From Trichosphaerium sp. ATCC 40318 (taxonomy: Eukaryota > Protista > Tubulinea), in assembly GCA_038496445.1 (NCBI GenBank), contig JALMLS010000022.1, positions 62,001 through 126,000 on the forward strand: DNA of 64,000 nt, read 5' to 3'. The first letter of the stretch is position 1. Every line of letters starts with the position of its first letter. The notes beneath the pieces were generated by a model. That model worked only from the letters and a program-made list of their open reading frames with translations. It was not told the origin of the DNA and did not search any database. Below, in pieces: positions 39,301 through 51,574 of this stretch. Position numbers and translations under genes: made by a program.

Positions 39301-39385
39301 ATGTTGTTGCGCTGGTGAAGTAGAATATGTTGATGCTGATTATAAACCAATAATGTCTGATGAAGAGCCATATAATGTAAATTAA
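36316..39385 (+). CDS. Type I membrane protein with FG-GAP (integrin-alpha-like) propeller, Pro/Thr mucin-like stalk, TM and Cys-rich juxtamembrane tail
   Basis: Signal peptide; repeats FGTAFAA..VVSGA, GFGTAID..VIIGAP, NFGFSLA..LAVGGP and YGTGLYI..VVASAP; PTxAP repeats at 38770-39120; TM followed by CCCLKKCCC. Confidence 0.75.
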
Positions 39386-40009
39386 ATAGGAGAAAAGTAA
39401 TTTTTTAATGACCTTCCGAATTCTTTCCTTCTTACGCAATCATTGATGCAATTGCACTTCTCCTCAATCTCCCAGTATCATTTGAATACTTGCATTCCCT
39501 CATCGTTTATCATACGTACATTGTTGTCGTGTACATAGGCTGCAGGTACTGAAGTTCTGTCTCAAAGATAAACGTTATTGTCAAGCATTCTGTACAGAAC
39601 TTCAACTACTGTGCAACTTTTACAACATTCCAAAAAGCCTAAAGCGGATAGTTGTGACACTCTTGACTGCTGCAGTCTATCAACAGAAAATAGAGGTCGG
39701 GTTTGTGAAACACTTGTACTAAGCACCTCAATAACAGATTGTATTGTGGATACTTTATGTGTCATGAGTTTTCTACGTAGTTAAGAAAAGTGAAGTATGA
39801 TAAGAGTGCACTTTGGTACGTGTTGTTTTTGAATTAACAATAACACAAAAAGATTCAAGTGATAAACAAGAACAAAGATGTACTTTGTTAGGTTCTTCAT
39901 ATTAAATACAACATACACATTTTACTACATAAATACTATACCTAAGGAAGAGTTCATTTTTGTCTCACGTGTACAAAGTCGAAGAAAGTAAATTGAATGT
40001 GTTTTTTCT

Positions 40010-42445
40010 TTAATAGTAGTAATCAACAACAACCGGTTCTCTCATTGTATTGCCTGCTGGATCATGCAACATACTTGCAGCATTCATAAACATAATGCTT
40101 TCTTCACTTTTTTTGCCATACTGATAAATAGCAGTACCATGCTGATCGTGATTATGTCCATACACATGTAGCTAAAGAATAAAACAATTTAAAAAACATA
40201 TTGTTCATTTTTACTACGTACACGTGGTCGAACACGATCTATAACTGTGGCAAGAAGGTCCTCACACCCCATTCTGTTTCCTGAGTAACCCAAATCTAGA
40301 ACAGAATATGGCGGAGAGTGTGTCACTAAAGACGAAGGTTAGCTTGAAAAAAAAACCTTCGCTAACGTACTTAAAATGTCAACACCTGTCGGTATTTTAC
40401 TCCAATACGACCCCTGAATATCGCTTCCTTTTACCCCAAATGCATTTGCCCAATAAAACAACCAAGGTCTCAATCTATGATGAGGAGTTCCATAAAATAC
40501 ACAGCCCTCAATAACAACACTTGAATCTTGTAAATAAGTCGCATTTGAAAGCAAATTCTGAATATCAGCAACACTAGTCCCTAAAAAGCACGTGTGGATA
40601 AAAACTCTTTAAACGAACAATTCTCAATGTACCTTTAAAGAATACTTCATGGTTACCAGCAATCACAAGTTTATGCTTGTGAGGTAAACTAGCCAAGAAG
40701 GCGTTGAATTCCTTAACTCCTTTTTTACTTTGTTTGTATTTACAATAATCGCCACAATGAAGAAACACCTAATATAGGATCAGTAAGGCTTCTTTTGTAC
40801 AATATAACATTTTACGTACATCGCCATCAGGCACTTTGGCCATGTTGTGGAGCGTATGTGTATCAGACATTATGACGAGTCTCAATTTCTTTTTCCAGTT
40901 TGACGTCTTTTTGATAGTGATTACTTTTCCTGGTACAATCTAAACAAATTTATTGGATTGAATGAACTCTATCTTCTTGTTACCCCGTTTTCTTCTATGT
41001 CTAGTATAGGTGGTGATGTTATTTTAGTAGGTAGAGACATATGTGTCCATTTTCCATCTTGCAAATAGATTCTGAACAAAACCATGTTAGCAATACTGCA
41101 AGTTGATTAGATAATGTACCTCAAAACATGATCTAGTTTATCAAGTAGAAACACCTCTGTTCCGTTTTTTGTACAGCCCAAAAGATTAGTACACTCCACA
41201 ATGTCTTTAGCTATAACATTGAGTGCCAAACTTTTACCTTTTCCTAAATAAAGGTAAGAAGAAAGTGAGAAAAATAAACCCGAGAACCAAATTGAATCTG
41301 TATCAATGTATTATTTTCGTCAACACAAAACAAACAAGAACTTCCTATAACTGGTCCATATTTTATAGCGTCTATCTTCAGGGCTTCAGATATGTTCATA
41401 GCATCCCAAGTGCCATGAGAAATGCTCATTTTCACTATTTCGTAGGTACTTGATGTAAAATAAATGTCTTCATTTGATATCCTAATGACACCATCTTGTG
41501 GTACTTGAAACTTTGCTTGCATCTTTTAAAAAGAGTGTAAGGGTTACGTGAGTTTATACCAAATAAGGTGTACCTCGCTCAAAGGTTTACTATTTACTGA
41601 AAGCTCGCTCCATCGAAACGTAGAATCTAACATTTTTTTAGAATTCTGCTAAGTTTGTTGTATACGTACTATATTTAGGGTTCACGTGGACAGTTGCTTC
41701 TACTATTCCTCCAGATTTAGTACCATAGTACATTTTGATGAGCTTTCCCTTTACAGTTAATACAGGGTCTAGTTAAACTCGTTAGTAGGTGTTGCTTGCG
41801 AAGACATGATGCGTACCAGTGAATGCTAATGGTAGCTCAGTTGTATACAAAGACGCCTTGGTTTTATCTGTAGGCACTACAAAATGTGTTCGATTTGTCT
41901 CAGAACCAGACCATGATACAAAATAAATATGACCATCAGTATCACGATAAGCAATATGAAATCTATCATAGAATACTCCAGAAGGAGTACCAACACCTTT
42001 AACACCTTGATTTTTGTAAGTTTTTATTGTTATTCAGGATCACGTGTACCTGAAGTTAAGGTGTATCCTACAAAGTCACCATCGCCTTTATTCCATGATG
42101 CCGCTTGCAATTTACCTTTGGAAGTAATATAGAAGATGGAAATGGCTCCTGAAGCGTCTTGCACAGTGAGACACCCAAGCTGTCCACATTTTTTGTTTAC
42201 TTTTGGGAATGCTTTACTTGGCGATTCTTTATCAAGTATCATCCGCTTGTATTTGTTTTTGCGGCCAAAAATCTACCGTTTAAACGTAATTAGAATGGTT
42301 TTTCAAATACTAACAGTTGACAGCGCTAAAAACCACGTTCTGCGCGTCTTGGAGCTCGTACCTCGTTTACTAGCGCTGTTTGGCGTGAAACATAAAAAAC
42401 ATGAACGTTGGAGGATAATACATGCTTCAATGGTAATACTGACAT
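40010..42445 (-). CDS. Calcineurin-like metallophosphoesterase (MPPED/239FB-type) with N-terminal beta-propeller-like extension
   Basis: LVIMSDTH, FLHCGD, LPHKHKLVIAGNHE, YGTP, THxPP, HVYGHNH and FMNAA motifs. The N-terminal region has short beta repeats (SIFYITSKGKLQAASW; HIAYRDTDGHIYFVSW). Confidence 0.8.
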
Positions 42446-43126
42446 GCTTCACTCTGGTTTAGAGGTACTCATTTTCATGTACAAAATCGATTAATTGAAT
42501 TCAATTAAGCTGTAACGCGGGTTTAGCGAATGTAGTAATAATACTAACAGGTGCTAATTGTGAACAACTGTACATTTGGAGGTATAAGATGCGCATTTCG
42601 CCAGTGAAAATGACTCAGCGTTTCAAATAAAACTTGCTCAGCAAGGGATTTGGACAAAAAAAAATTCTGGATAAGTACTTTGCTAAAACCAATAATTACG
42701 CTGTTGCTTTGTATTGCTTGAATAAAATTATCAATTTTTTTTTAGAGCAATGACACTTGGGTGCTGGTCTGCTATGCTATAGAGTAGCATTGTGGGTAAA
42801 CGTTTTACCCTTTTTTCACTGCATCAATCACTTTTGAGAGTGATTACACTTATACCACAATCATGAATGAAAGACAGAATACAATTTATGGACAAATAGA
42901 GATTGCAGAAATAGGACTGAAACGAAAAAAACGGTTCATAAACGTCCAAACTTTCCAGAGTACTAGGTTTGAGTTTACATAACTTCCTTGTTTACAGCGC
43001 TGTTTACTAACTTTTTTAATACTAACTAAGCAAATGTCTAGATTATGATGGTAGTTCGAACAAGAATGAGAAGATAATTTATTATGTGTGGAGATATGCT
43101 CGTTGATCTTTGCTTGTGCATTGAGC

Positions 43127-46100
43127 TTACTTTACTTTTGTTACCAAAAACTCTTTGTTTATCAAGTAGAGAGTCATGTTAACATCTAAAGTGACTTGTC
43201 CAAGATCCAACTCATGCTTGTTATTCTCCTTCTTTTCCAAGAGATCTTCAAGCTCCAACTATTAAGAAAAAAACATTAGTTCATCAACACTACTCCATTC
43301 TTAGCTGTCTGAATTAAAACTTACCTCGAGTTTTCCAACGCTTATACCACTTATTTTTGCCTCTACAAGGAAGAATCCAGGTTGAGGTGCAGTAATAAAG
43401 AATCTAGTCTTGCCTCGGCTTTAAACAAAAAAAGGTTAACATCTTGAGAACAAAAAAACGTTACACTTACCTAATGGAAGGTACTGCAGAATGAAGGATA
43501 ACACCTTGCTTGGCGAGATCACGATAGCTGTATTTTTTAGTACCGGTATTCTTCTTGAAGCTGAAGAAGCCCTGTTTCGGTTTCCTCTTCTAAACGCGCA
43601 TCAGAGGGCTTTTCGGACATTGACAATTACGCGTACCTCCTCGAAGATTGTTTTACGAAGTACTTGCAAGTATCCATCAAATTCAGTTACTTGCTTATCT
43701 AAATAAGCTGCATGTTTCTCCAAAGAACCTAAGGTAATTTTCAAACGAGTAATCTCTTTCATCTGTGCTTCACGGCGTTCTTCTCTGTGCGCAACTTCCT
43801 AAACAGAAAAGTTATATTAAAAATCACGTGATTATTGGCGACAAAGCAACGTACCATAGCGACGTCTTTGAGCAAATCGGTGAGAGTATTATCATCTTCT
43901 GCAATTTTACCTCCTTTCTTGAGTTTTGTAAGGTGGGAGTTGATGCTTGATACGAGCTTGACAATATCATCGTCTGTGAACAAAATTAGGTTTTGGAGTT
44001 CTAAGGTTGAGCTTTTTCAAGTACGTACTTGAAAGTTTTCCTGCCGTGTCAATGATATCTTTTAATGAACTAGCCTTCATACGCTCAATCTCCAAGCGCC
44101 TGAAAAGTTGTACAATATCTTCAACGCACATGGCATAAACTTGATCAACACTGACGGTATCTGTAAAGAAAACAGTAAGTTCATAACGAATCCAGAAAAG
44201 TAGTCATTACCTGATACTTTAGGTGCAAATCTGTTTTCCAGGTATAACTGGACTTCTTTATCATCGCTAGATGGAGGAACATCTACCGTATGTGAGATAC
44301 TACGTTCGAATAACTTAATTCTTTACGCACCTAGATCGTCCATAATGACTTTGAGTGGATCACCTCCTTTCTTTGAGCAAATCTCATCCTTGTGCTTATG
44401 GAATAACGAATGAATAGTAACCAGTTCTTTGTGGCTAATAATAACGAATGGTGTTGTTTTTTGAGCCAATGCGTTAAAGCTGTTCATCTGGAGGAAGGTT
44501 TCTGGGTCTTCAACATCAATGAGATCCTAGCATCAAATGTTATGCCTTGATTTTAATGACACCTTATTATACCCTGTTGTAATTTAGTACATCTTCCCTT
44601 GTCTCTTCAATGAATTCATTGAGAACAAATAACTCATTCTTTCTTGGGAATTTGCCGAGATTGAAGACTTTTTGGAGTACTTTCGAGATCTACAAAAGGG
44701 TGTTTTAGCAACTTTTTTGATGTTCTTTCAGCTCAATGGCACATACCTGAACGAGGTTCTTCCTGACGTTAATGCTGAGATCACGTTCGCATACACCGTA
44801 GTTATCAGGTTGGACGATCATCAAGTTGATGAAACGGTAGAAGACGAAGTATCCGCTAACTTTCCAAACAACATTCTATAGCATGGTTAGTAACAATAAG
44901 TAATCACACCCGTTACCTCATTTGTATCTGGGAATTTCTCAAGAGTAATATCGTGAATACGCTTACAGATAACACGTAGACCATAAGGCATATCCTAGAA
45001 ATGATAAGCCAAGCATAGACATTGAAGAAACCATGTTTTTTTTGCTTACACTCAATTTTTTTCTGATTGTGTCGAAGATTGTTTTACAAGCAGCGACGAG
45101 AGCTGTCTTTCTTTCGTCAATTATCTTCATTACATCTGGATCTTTAGCTGCCTTAAAAGTACTTTGTAAGGTACACAGAATACGAGCATAGTTCGCAATA
45201 TTGAAGTACCTCCTCAGCAGATACACCTTTCTTCTTTTCTGATTTTTGTCCTGTCTTTACTTCGTATTCGCTGATCAATTGTGAGTATATCTATACAAGT
45301 AATCAACACCCATTGGACGTATATAAGTACATACACGTAATGGATTGACTTCGAAGCTGACTGCTTCGTTCTCAAGAGTCTTTAATACAACCTCAGAGAA
45401 AGCTTTAACCAAATATTCGCGACCAAGCTTCCTGTTATTGTACGCCAACACCATACGTGGTACAGAAGACTCATGCTCTTCTGTAAACTTAGACATATCA
45501 CCTACAGAGATTGTATTAACGCCCGATCTTGTAAATAATAGGAAGCATACCGTCTTGATAATCTACCTCCAAATCAATGGCTTTTTTAAATAGTTCAAGA
45601 ATAAGGAATTCTTCTCTTGGCGAGAAAGCGCTTCCAAACAGTGTTATAATCATAGTATTCTGGAACTCGCTCATTTCTTTAGATGTAATGAGATTCGCAC
45701 TATCAACACATGAGAAATGAGAAGGCAAAAAGAAAAGAGAATTAAAACGGAAGAAAAATAATCGTACAGTTTAGCGAGATAAATAGGCTTAGTTTGAAGC
45801 AAGAACAATAGTTGAGAGTATAGACGTAAATGCCTGTTCGTTATCTTTTCACCAACGTCTACTTCTTCCTTGACATTTTTCTTCAGCTTAGGCTTTTCCA
45901 TGTGCTAAAAAGAGCAAAGTAAGTACTCAATAAAAGGTAATTATTTTATCACGTGGTAAGCTAGAAATATCACGTGATTTTTTTTTTTTTGTTATCCTAA
46001 AATGCTTACCTGGATATGGTGCTTGTGGGATATCAATAACTCGATTTTCTTGTCTAGTTTCTTGTGTTTTCTCTCCTTTGTAAAGTTTGTACGAAGTTGT

Positions 46101-46790
46101 TTCATAATACCTTTACGAAGCTCCATGATTTCTAAAGAAAGAAATAGCGTCATTGATTACGTTGACATTTAATTGAATTGTTTTTACCTTTAATAAGGTC
46201 TCTCTCCTCTGTAGCTGCGCCTGCGATACCCAAGAGGTTTTTTATCTCGGCTGGCGTCAAGTTACCCTATCGACAAAAGTTAGTTTAGTATTTTTAGTAA
46301 ACGGTAGTGTACTCTGTTCATTCGGCTTTGGTAGCGTTTGTATTCAACCATTTCGCGAAGAAGCATACGGGCGTTCAAAACTAAAGAAATAAATTGTGAG
46401 CTAATCATTCGATAACGCCATACAAAACTAAAGTTCAACGCCGTGGCGATACAAAACGGCAGTAGCGAAAGAGAAAAAAAAAATAAATTAGAAAACAGCA
46501 AATTAAAAATATTATGGCTTTGGTTTTTAGATCACTACTTCGCTATCGGTTGTTGCGAGCTCACGTGATTTAAATAAGATAAAGGTCTATCTTTTTTTTA
46601 ATTTTTGGTACACGTGAGCGCTTACGCTTAGTATTACGAACGTAGCTAGACTATAAAGGCTTGGTAACGTACGAATTTTGATACATTCTTTCTCCTTTTC
46701 CCATACTTCCTGAGTCACTATACTAGCCGCTTCACGGGCTGCAGTTTTTGTGGATCTGAACTGTCGCGTTGTCTTACGTAGCATTGACAT
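43127..46790 (-). CDS. IQGAP-related RasGAP-like protein (DGAP1/GAPA-like)
   Basis: YSQLLFLLQTKPIYLAKL, TLFGSAFSPREEFLILELF, SFEVNPL, MPYGLRVICK, GYFVFYRFINL and C-terminal LELEDLLEKKE..VNMTLYLINKEF. The 5' exons are uncertain. Confidence 0.85.
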
Positions 46791-47025
46791 TGTGGTGTTG
46801 TTGAGATTAAATGTTTTTAATGTTGACTTAATACTATGTGAACGACAGTTAGAATTGCTGTAAGGCACACAAAAAGTTCGATAAAAGTTGTACATGACAT
46901 TATTGTCTGAATTGTAGGCTCAACGTTTAATTCCTATTCTGACTATCCGAGAACGTAGGAAATAACTACAGTGCTTATTTTACCATAGTTTATTTTGTTA
47001 CAACTTACTCAAGAAGGGAAAGAAG

Positions 47026-48823
47026 TTACACGAGAATTCTTTCATAGTACACTGCCTCCTGATATGAAAAACAAATAGATACCGAAAATACGACAGTACC
47101 AACACCGAGCAGTATACCCATCCATGCGTATGTTAAGATTAAAGCAGTAGATTCTTTCTTGGGGTTGAACTGGGACGTGTAGGAATCGAAGGTGGGTATC
47201 TGTTTATCAATTTGTGCCAAAGTTACATTAACATCAACTTTAACACTGCTGTCTCGTAACATATTCTCAATAGCTGTTTGGACTGTTGAGAGTAGCAAAG
47301 GGCTGTATGCCTATTGAATAGTTTAGCATGTATGCTAACAAAATAGGAAGACGTACTTGTGGATATCCATAAGCACCAAGACGTTCATAGCGAAGAAAAA
47401 AATCACCAGTTAATGGAAGGTTCTCCTAAGAGCCAAGGATTAATAAGAATTTGTATTTAAATCCACTTGTACAGTGCATTTTGTTATATTGTCATTAGCG
47501 TAATCACATGATGTAGTTAATAGCATCTTTATGCTGGTTTTCGGAGTCCAATAAGAAGTTGTTATGGGAATAAGTACCATATAAGGAGTTCCCTACTATA
47601 CGTTACTGTCATTCACTAATATTTTGAACTTACATCTTTTGATAAGTCTGGAGCGAATCCATAGTAGGACTTTTGTATCACAAGAGGTTGTTCGAAATGA
47701 AATACAAACTTTGAAGCATCTATTGGATCGACAAGTGATGTACTGTTGTCAAATAAAATATATCCTATGTAAAAAATAAGTAAAAATGAAGTATCCTAAA
47801 GTTCACCTTCTGCGTAACTATGAACCCTAAGATATCTTAAATAAAACGCTACCAAAGCTCCCATGATCAGCGCAACAATCAAAACAGATCCAATACGTAG
47901 TACAAAACACTAAAAATAGAGGCAATTAGAATGTTGTTTCAAAAAGGCATTGTACTTTGTTGCCTCTGAACTTTTTGCAACACAGAAAATGCAAAAAACC
48001 AAGATGAAACACAAGCAGTACTACAGAACACCCAATTGCAACCAGTGCGCCACCTTTAGAGATACACTGTTAGCCTCTTTTTAATAACCATTAGAGCACG
48101 TACCAAGTTGAAACGATGGCATTGTGAACCACAATGCAACAATTGATGCAATCACAATGAGCATCTGCTGAAGAAAGAGCGATGTCCTAAAGATACAAAG
48201 CACATTAAACTAAGATTGAGGAGAACTAGTAGCCGTACATGCCAATACACCTTTTTTCTGATCCATATCTGCAACATATACATCTTCCTACTGTTTGTAT
48301 CTTCCTATGCCTTCGCCTGTCTTTCTCAAAACGAAGGTTCGCGACAACAGCTTTTTGACCACAAGCAATACTATTTTCCCTTGTTTCACCAAAGTTTTTT
48401 CTCCACATAACAGAATCTCCAGACACTACATACCTGATGACTTGTGATCACGTGATTAACATTAAAAAACATGTTTCGGAAAATATTTCAAACGTAAACA
48501 AACGACAAGAGGTCGTACATGCGCTTGGAAGCCAGTGCCGCTGCGTAAAGTGACTTCTTTCCGAGATACGACAGTACTTCAACAATAATCTACAAAAACA
48601 TGAAAATCCGTATCCTCATTCTCTTTGAAGCCGTATTCAAGTTTCTTGTACTAACCTCAGCTGATAGAACGCCAAAAGCGCTGTTGTCATGTCCAGAAGG
48701 GTATATGGCAAGTTTCTCCACCCTTGATGGGTGTAACCACATTAACCGATCAATTCTCAGCTGTTCGTCCAGTTCTTCCATTGAGGTATCTAAGAACTTA
48801 CGATCGTGGTAACTGAAGCTCAT
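47026..48823 (-). CDS. F-box-like protein with multiple transmembrane segments
   Basis: FGVLSAEIIVEVLSYLGKKSLYAAALASKRMY..VMWR is F-box-like. It is followed by about 3 hydrophobic helices, a probable luminal loop and a final TM (LILTYAWMGILLGVGTVVF). Confidence 0.6.
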
Positions 48824-48911
48824 TAGACACGTGAGAATATGCGAACAGACCAACAGCCAGAATTTCCTTGTCAGTACAAGTCAAGAAAAAAAAGGAAAAA
48901 ATAAAGAGACT

Positions 48912-49991
48912 ATGCGCACGCTTTTCTGTGTTTGCTTGGTATTCCTGATACACGTGATACCTCTGAAAGCGATCCCATGGCGTATACAGAATCGATTGTT
49001 TATTGGTAAACCAGAAGATGCCAAATGGCCCGCAGTAACGAACGAAACGTTCACGTGCGTCCATATCAATTTTTACTAAATTAAAACATTTTGACAAACT
49101 TTTGGGAATCTTCGCTAGGATAAACGTATTTTGTTTCGACTTATGCCTACTATAAGAGGTGTTGTCAATGTGGCTGCAGAGACGGACCCTAACTATCCAA
49201 ACGAGGCATATGATAATGGTACTCTTTCTTTTTACTACGCGAAGGCACGTTTTTGATCAAAATAAAAACAGTCATTTAAAAAAAAAATTAGTCCGCTCTT
49301 CGCAATACTGAAGTGCCTTTCATGTCTTTGGTGAGCTCTGTCAACTCCCTCAACGATGTTTTGTTGTACTTGTCAGGTTTGTTAATGCTTGTGATTCATC
49401 GTCATCTCACTTTTTTAATCACAGGCGATGTGCTTGTTTTTGGTAGCAACGATTTAGGTGACTCATAACGGTTTTTAGTTGACTAAAATATTTAATCAGG
49501 GCGTTCAGCTGTAGTTGTGTCACTACTCTTGTTCAATAAAAAACCACAAGACTATGACAACATTGAAGACGCATTGGATAAGGTCATAACATTAATCAAA
49601 GAGCCAGTGCGTGTTGATGAAGGTATGGAAGTTTCCTGTACTCAAAGATAACAACTCACTAGGATTAAAGAATGTAATGATTAATGTTGGCATGTACAGA
49701 ATTCTTAATGCAACTTTATTTCATCCTTCACCACCTTTTGATGAGCACCCAGAGGTACTAATAAAGTACATTTTATACTGTAAGAAGCTAAGAGAGATGT
49801 ATTAATAGCACGCTGTAAATGCATGGTTGACAGTTTTTCTTGTTATATTCGCGGTTGCCTTTTTTCTTTCACTTGCATACATTGTTTACACCGGGTTCAA
49901 AAAGCCAAAATTAGGTGGTCAAAGTGCGTACTAAAAATACAGTTTTAAAAGGTTTCTAATCAACTTATAAGATCGGGCTCTGTTACAATAG
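48912..49991 (+). CDS. Single-pass membrane protein with an extracytoplasmic dual-specificity-phosphatase-like domain lacking the catalytic Cys
   Basis: Spliced model: signal MRTLFCVCLVFLIHVIPLKA; WRIQNRLFIG..FTGVVNVAAE..GDVLVFGSNDLGRSAVVVSLLL..IEDALDKV; TM WLTVFLVIFAVAFFLSLAYIVY; short tail ending RALLQ. Confidence 0.6.
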
Positions 49992-50015
49992 GATACCAAA
50001 AAAGATGATTTTTTT

Positions 50016-51344
50016 TTATGATGTATTGTCTTTGTAAATGTCTACTACTCTTTGTAACGTTGGTCTGTTATCAGGATTCGCACTCCAACATGACGTCATG
50101 ATGTCCTCAAAGTAAGGCATCATAGGCCTTGTTATCTGTGGTCGTTTGTTGGCAAGAGTTTGTTTGATTGCTGATTCTGTATTACATCCATCGAATACAG
50201 CACGTGCCTCCAAAACTTCGTAGAGTAGGTAACCATACATGAACACATCAGCCGCAAAAGTATAATCAGCGTTGTCCTTTGATACAACTGTTTCAGGGCT
50301 ATAACGTCTAAGTGTTCTAAGGAAGGTATAAGGAGGGTGGCAGAGCAAATATTGAGCAGTACCCTCGTAACACTTTTGTTTTTTCGTGCTTGTATTGTGA
50401 TTGGCAAAAATCTGCAACAACTGCACTGTATACACCATTCTCGTCTTTATGTACCAGAACATTGTTCGTTGATATGTCTTTGTGATAACTACCATTACTG
50501 TGCATAAATGCAAGACCTTGAAAGAAAGATTAGCAACATACTTTGCGATTCTCAAACAAGTTTTTAGTTTTTGAAAGAAACACAACCTTTTGCGATGTCT
50601 GAACAAAGTTTGTGCCAAAACGGATTAGGAAAAGGTTTGCCAGTGTCTTCAAGAAGAGATGTAGCTTCTTTGATGCTTCGTGACCTTCTTGCTTGAATGA
50701 CATCTGTCAAACATCCATCAGAACAAAATCCTAATTCCAGTTAAATACTCCACGTTTTCATCCGTTGTAAGGTACCTAAAACAATGAAAAACGATGTACT
50801 ATCTTCGTTGTAACCCAGCCATAGCATTTTGGTAGATTGGGATGTTCCAGTGCTCTACGTTTTATTAGTCTTGGCGAATATGTAGCGTTGCGTACCGCAA
50901 GAAGAGGAGTTCGCGTTTGAACGAACTAAAAGACAGGTTTTTACGTTTTTTCATTTGGTAGTTTTTTACAGCGACAGGGGTGCTGCTTTCAACACTTCAC
51001 GCCACACTGTACCGCTCACGCCATTTCCCAACCGTTTTTGGTTATTTGATAAATCATTGACGTACATTCTATCACTAGTACGTTTGTAAACCTTTGAGCT
51101 CACTATAGTGAGCGCCGTACTTGTATGGCTCTTGCTCATTGTAAAATACTTCTACGCCCTCCTTCCACAGCCTTTCTTGTTGCTTAAAAGCCTCTCGCCG
51201 TTCTTTTTTAGTGGCTACATACGTTTTAGCCAAAATCGGAAATAGAACCTCTCTACCATACGTTTTTGTGCTATAGATGCATAACCCTTGAGTGTGATGC
51301 TTTTTACAGCGATGACCTTGCAATTTAACTGACACGTAGACCAT
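50016..51344 (-). pseudogene. Protein kinase (TKL-like) with at least three frameshifts: pseudogene or assembly errors
   Basis: LGNGVSGTVW, VAVK, FKRE, LEHPNL, HKDISTNNVL, VADFC, YSPE, DVFMYG and CWSANPDNRPT are present. The frame breaks near 51080, 50998 and 50815. Confidence 0.65.
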
Positions 51345-51574
51345 TTTCAACAAAAAGTAAGTTAGTTTTTTCATGTTTTTTCTCGAATTTTTCTCACTTG
51401 TCAGCTGCCTGAGTTACAGAGCTAACCAAATACAAAAATAAACGTGCAAATTGCGAGAATAATATTTATGTACAAGTCCAATCATAATCTACTGTACATG
51501 TGTTTGACAACCATCAAACCTTTTGACGTCTAAAAAATTTTTTCCTAAACACCTTTTTTTTTTCGATTCACAAC

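Noticed and set aside
39390-39900. Cys-rich secreted-protein-like fragments on the minus strand
   Set aside because: Every splice combination I tried hits stops. It may be a decayed gene, but I cannot support a call.
48798-49097. Minus-strand ORF MDARERFVRY.. as the first exon of the F-box gene
   Set aside because: The + strand here encodes a signal peptide and DUSP-like start with a consistent splice model, so the F-box gene more plausibly starts at 48823.
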